NCBI GenBank assembly: GCA_964607835.1
Contig: CAZSLL010000006.1
Location: forward strand, 20,003 to 69,794
Reading direction: 5' to 3'
DNA: 49,792 nucleotides
Source of the DNA: an uncultured archaeon
Lineage (GTDB): Archaea > Aenigmatarchaeota > Aenigmatarchaeia > QMZP01
Of this stretch, positions 48,408 to 49,792 are shown piece after piece (position 1 is the first letter of the stretch; the number at the start of each line of letters is the position of its first letter). The position numbers were made by a program, and so were the translations under genes. Under the pieces are notes generated by a model. That model did no database searches and was not told where the DNA came from. It saw only the letters and a list, made by a program, of their open reading frames with translations.

Positions 48408-49368
48408 TATTAATCACCTCTTCCCTCCTGACAGGCCTTATCTCGTCCATTCCGTATATCTCCGCGTACTTGTCCCAGATGCCGAAGCAAAGCCTTGAGA
48501 AGAAGCATGCCCCGCATTTCTTGGGCTTTACCTTGTCCCTTTTCCTGTTGTCCTTTATGTTAACCACGAAGTCAGTGCCCCTTAGTTGGGTCGCCGGCTG
48601 GACCATGTCCACCACGTGCTTTGCGTAATCCTTGAGCATGCAGTGGGGGATGTTGAAGACAGCCATCCATGTCTTGTCAGGACCCTCGTACATTTCAAGG
48701 CATTCCTTAAGGTAAGGCACGACATCGCTCATCCTTGGAACGACAGACTCAGCCGCCCTTTTGCTGTTCCTCAGAAGGCCGTCCACCACAACGAAGTCAT
48801 ATCTTATCTCGCTCACTCCCATCTCAATGAGCATTCTGGTGAAGCCGGGAAGGTCTTTGTAGTTCAGCCTTGTGATGACTATTGAAATCTTGACCTGCTG
48901 CCCCATATCCCTGAGGTTTCTTATTCCCTGCATGGCCTGGCGGTAGGCACCCTTGACGCCCATGAGGTAGTCGTTGACCTCCTCCCTGGGGGAATGTATG
49001 GAAATGGCGAATTCTGTTGCCCCTGCATCTATCATCTTTCTGCAGTAATCCCGGTAAAAGAATCTTCTCCCATTGCTCTGTACCTGTATCTGTCCTATTC
49101 CCCTGTCTCTGGCGTATTTCACAAGCTCGGGGAGATCGTTCCTCAATGTTGGCTCCCCCCCAGTCAAGCAGTATAAGGGGGCTCCTATGGACACCGCATA
49201 ATCAATGTCCTTCTTTATCTCCTCTTTTGGCTTGTATCCATAACCCCTTTCTCTCCTTGCCTTGGCCATCTTGTGCCCAAAGGAGCAGAATATGCAGTTG
49301 CAGTTGCAGTTCAGCGTGACAATACTCTCAACCTTGTTTATCTTCTCAGGCCTCTTCTCATCCGCCAT
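48349..49368 (-). CDS. Radical SAM protein with C-terminal Cys cluster (SPASM/twitch-like)
   Basis: CNCNCIFC, TGGEPT, QSNG and C-terminal CGAC....C motifs. Confidence 0.88.
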   Translation of the reverse strand: MADEKRPEKINKVESIVTLNCNCNCIFCSFGHKMAKARRERGYGYKPKEEIKKDIDYAVSIGAPLYCLTGGEPTLRNDLPELVKYARDRGIGQIQVQSNGRRFFYRDYCRKMIDAGATEFAISIHSPREEVNDYLMGVKGAYRQAMQGIRNLRDMGQQVKISIVITRLNYKDLPGFTRMLIEMGVSEIRYDFVVVDGLLRNSKRAAESVVPRMSDVVPYLKECLEMYEGPDKTWMAVFNIPHCMLKDYAKHVVDMVQPATQLRGTDFVVNIKDNRKRDKVKPKKCGACFFSRLCFGIWDKYAEIYGMDEIRPVRREEVINNELQEKGIRYSEEYTHGKC

Positions 49369-49369
49369 T

Positions 49370-49792
49370 TTAACCTATCTCCCTGAATTCCTTTTGAAGG
49401 TATCCCTGCTCTGTCCGCTCGATTACGCTGAAATGCCCTCCCTGCCTTCCCTTCATGAGTATTTCCTTCACCATGAGCCTGTCGCTCGGGGTAAACTCCA
49501 CCTTTCTGGAATCGAGCTCTTCCTCTTCAAGCCAGTGGGACTCGAACTCCCTTTGCCCTTTCTCTTCGATGTATTCCATCTCGCATAGCTGAATCATGAG
49601 ATGCTTCACAACCTTTCCGTTCTCGACCACGTGCTCAGGTATGGTGGCGAGATTCTTCCTGAACCTCGACCTCACCCCTGTCTCCTCCTCAAGCTCTCGT
49701 TCGGCTGCCCCTTCCAGGGTTTCCCCAAAGTCAATCTTCCCGCCCGGAAGGCTCAGAAGCCCGCCAAAGGTCTTGCCCTCCCTTCTTATGAA
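49370..49792 (-). CDS. NUDIX hydrolase (5'-truncated by window edge)
   Basis: Frame is open to the window end. Nudix box GKIDFGETLEGAAERELEEETGV lies upstream of the listed 49675 start. Confidence 0.88.
   Translation of the reverse strand, partial: FIRREGKTFGGLLSLPGGKIDFGETLEGAAERELEEETGVRSRFRKNLATIPEHVVENGKVVKHLMIQLCEMEYIEEKGQREFESHWLEEEELDSRKVEFTPSDRLMVKEILMKGRQGGHFSVIERTEQGYLQKEFREIG

Overview
Archaeal chromosome segment, probably DPANN (Aenigmarchaeota-like; the taxon is inferred from gene content, not measured). It carries housekeeping genes: rpoH-rpoB''-rpoB'-rpoA'-rpoA'', aIF-2 gamma, cysS, RNase P Rpp30, rpl6/rpl32e, Lhr and HerA helicases, TET peptidase, Trm5-family methyltransferase, Pcm and desulfoferrodoxin. 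It also has several large Cys/Asp-rich surface proteins and an AT-rich accessory island at the left end. The main discovery is a ~1 kb stable-RNA cluster (32793-33814) that the ORF track hides. It holds tRNA-Lys(CTT), a 5S rRNA, tRNA-Asp(GTC) and tRNA-Lys(TTT), which together carry seven predicted bulge-helix-bulge (BHB)-type introns. Every tRNA has two introns and all three share a T-loop (59/60) intron. The 5S rRNA has a 35-nt insertion in loop C whose BHB-rule cut sites exactly restore the conserved loop, making it a candidate spliced 5S rRNA intron. A free-standing LAGLIDADG endonuclease gene overlaps the 3' end and T-loop intron of tRNA-Lys(TTT) on the antisense strand, and a displaced copy of the tRNA 3' end lies on its far side. 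Several short palindromic tandem repeats are also reported. Splicing and mobility are inferred from sequence only.
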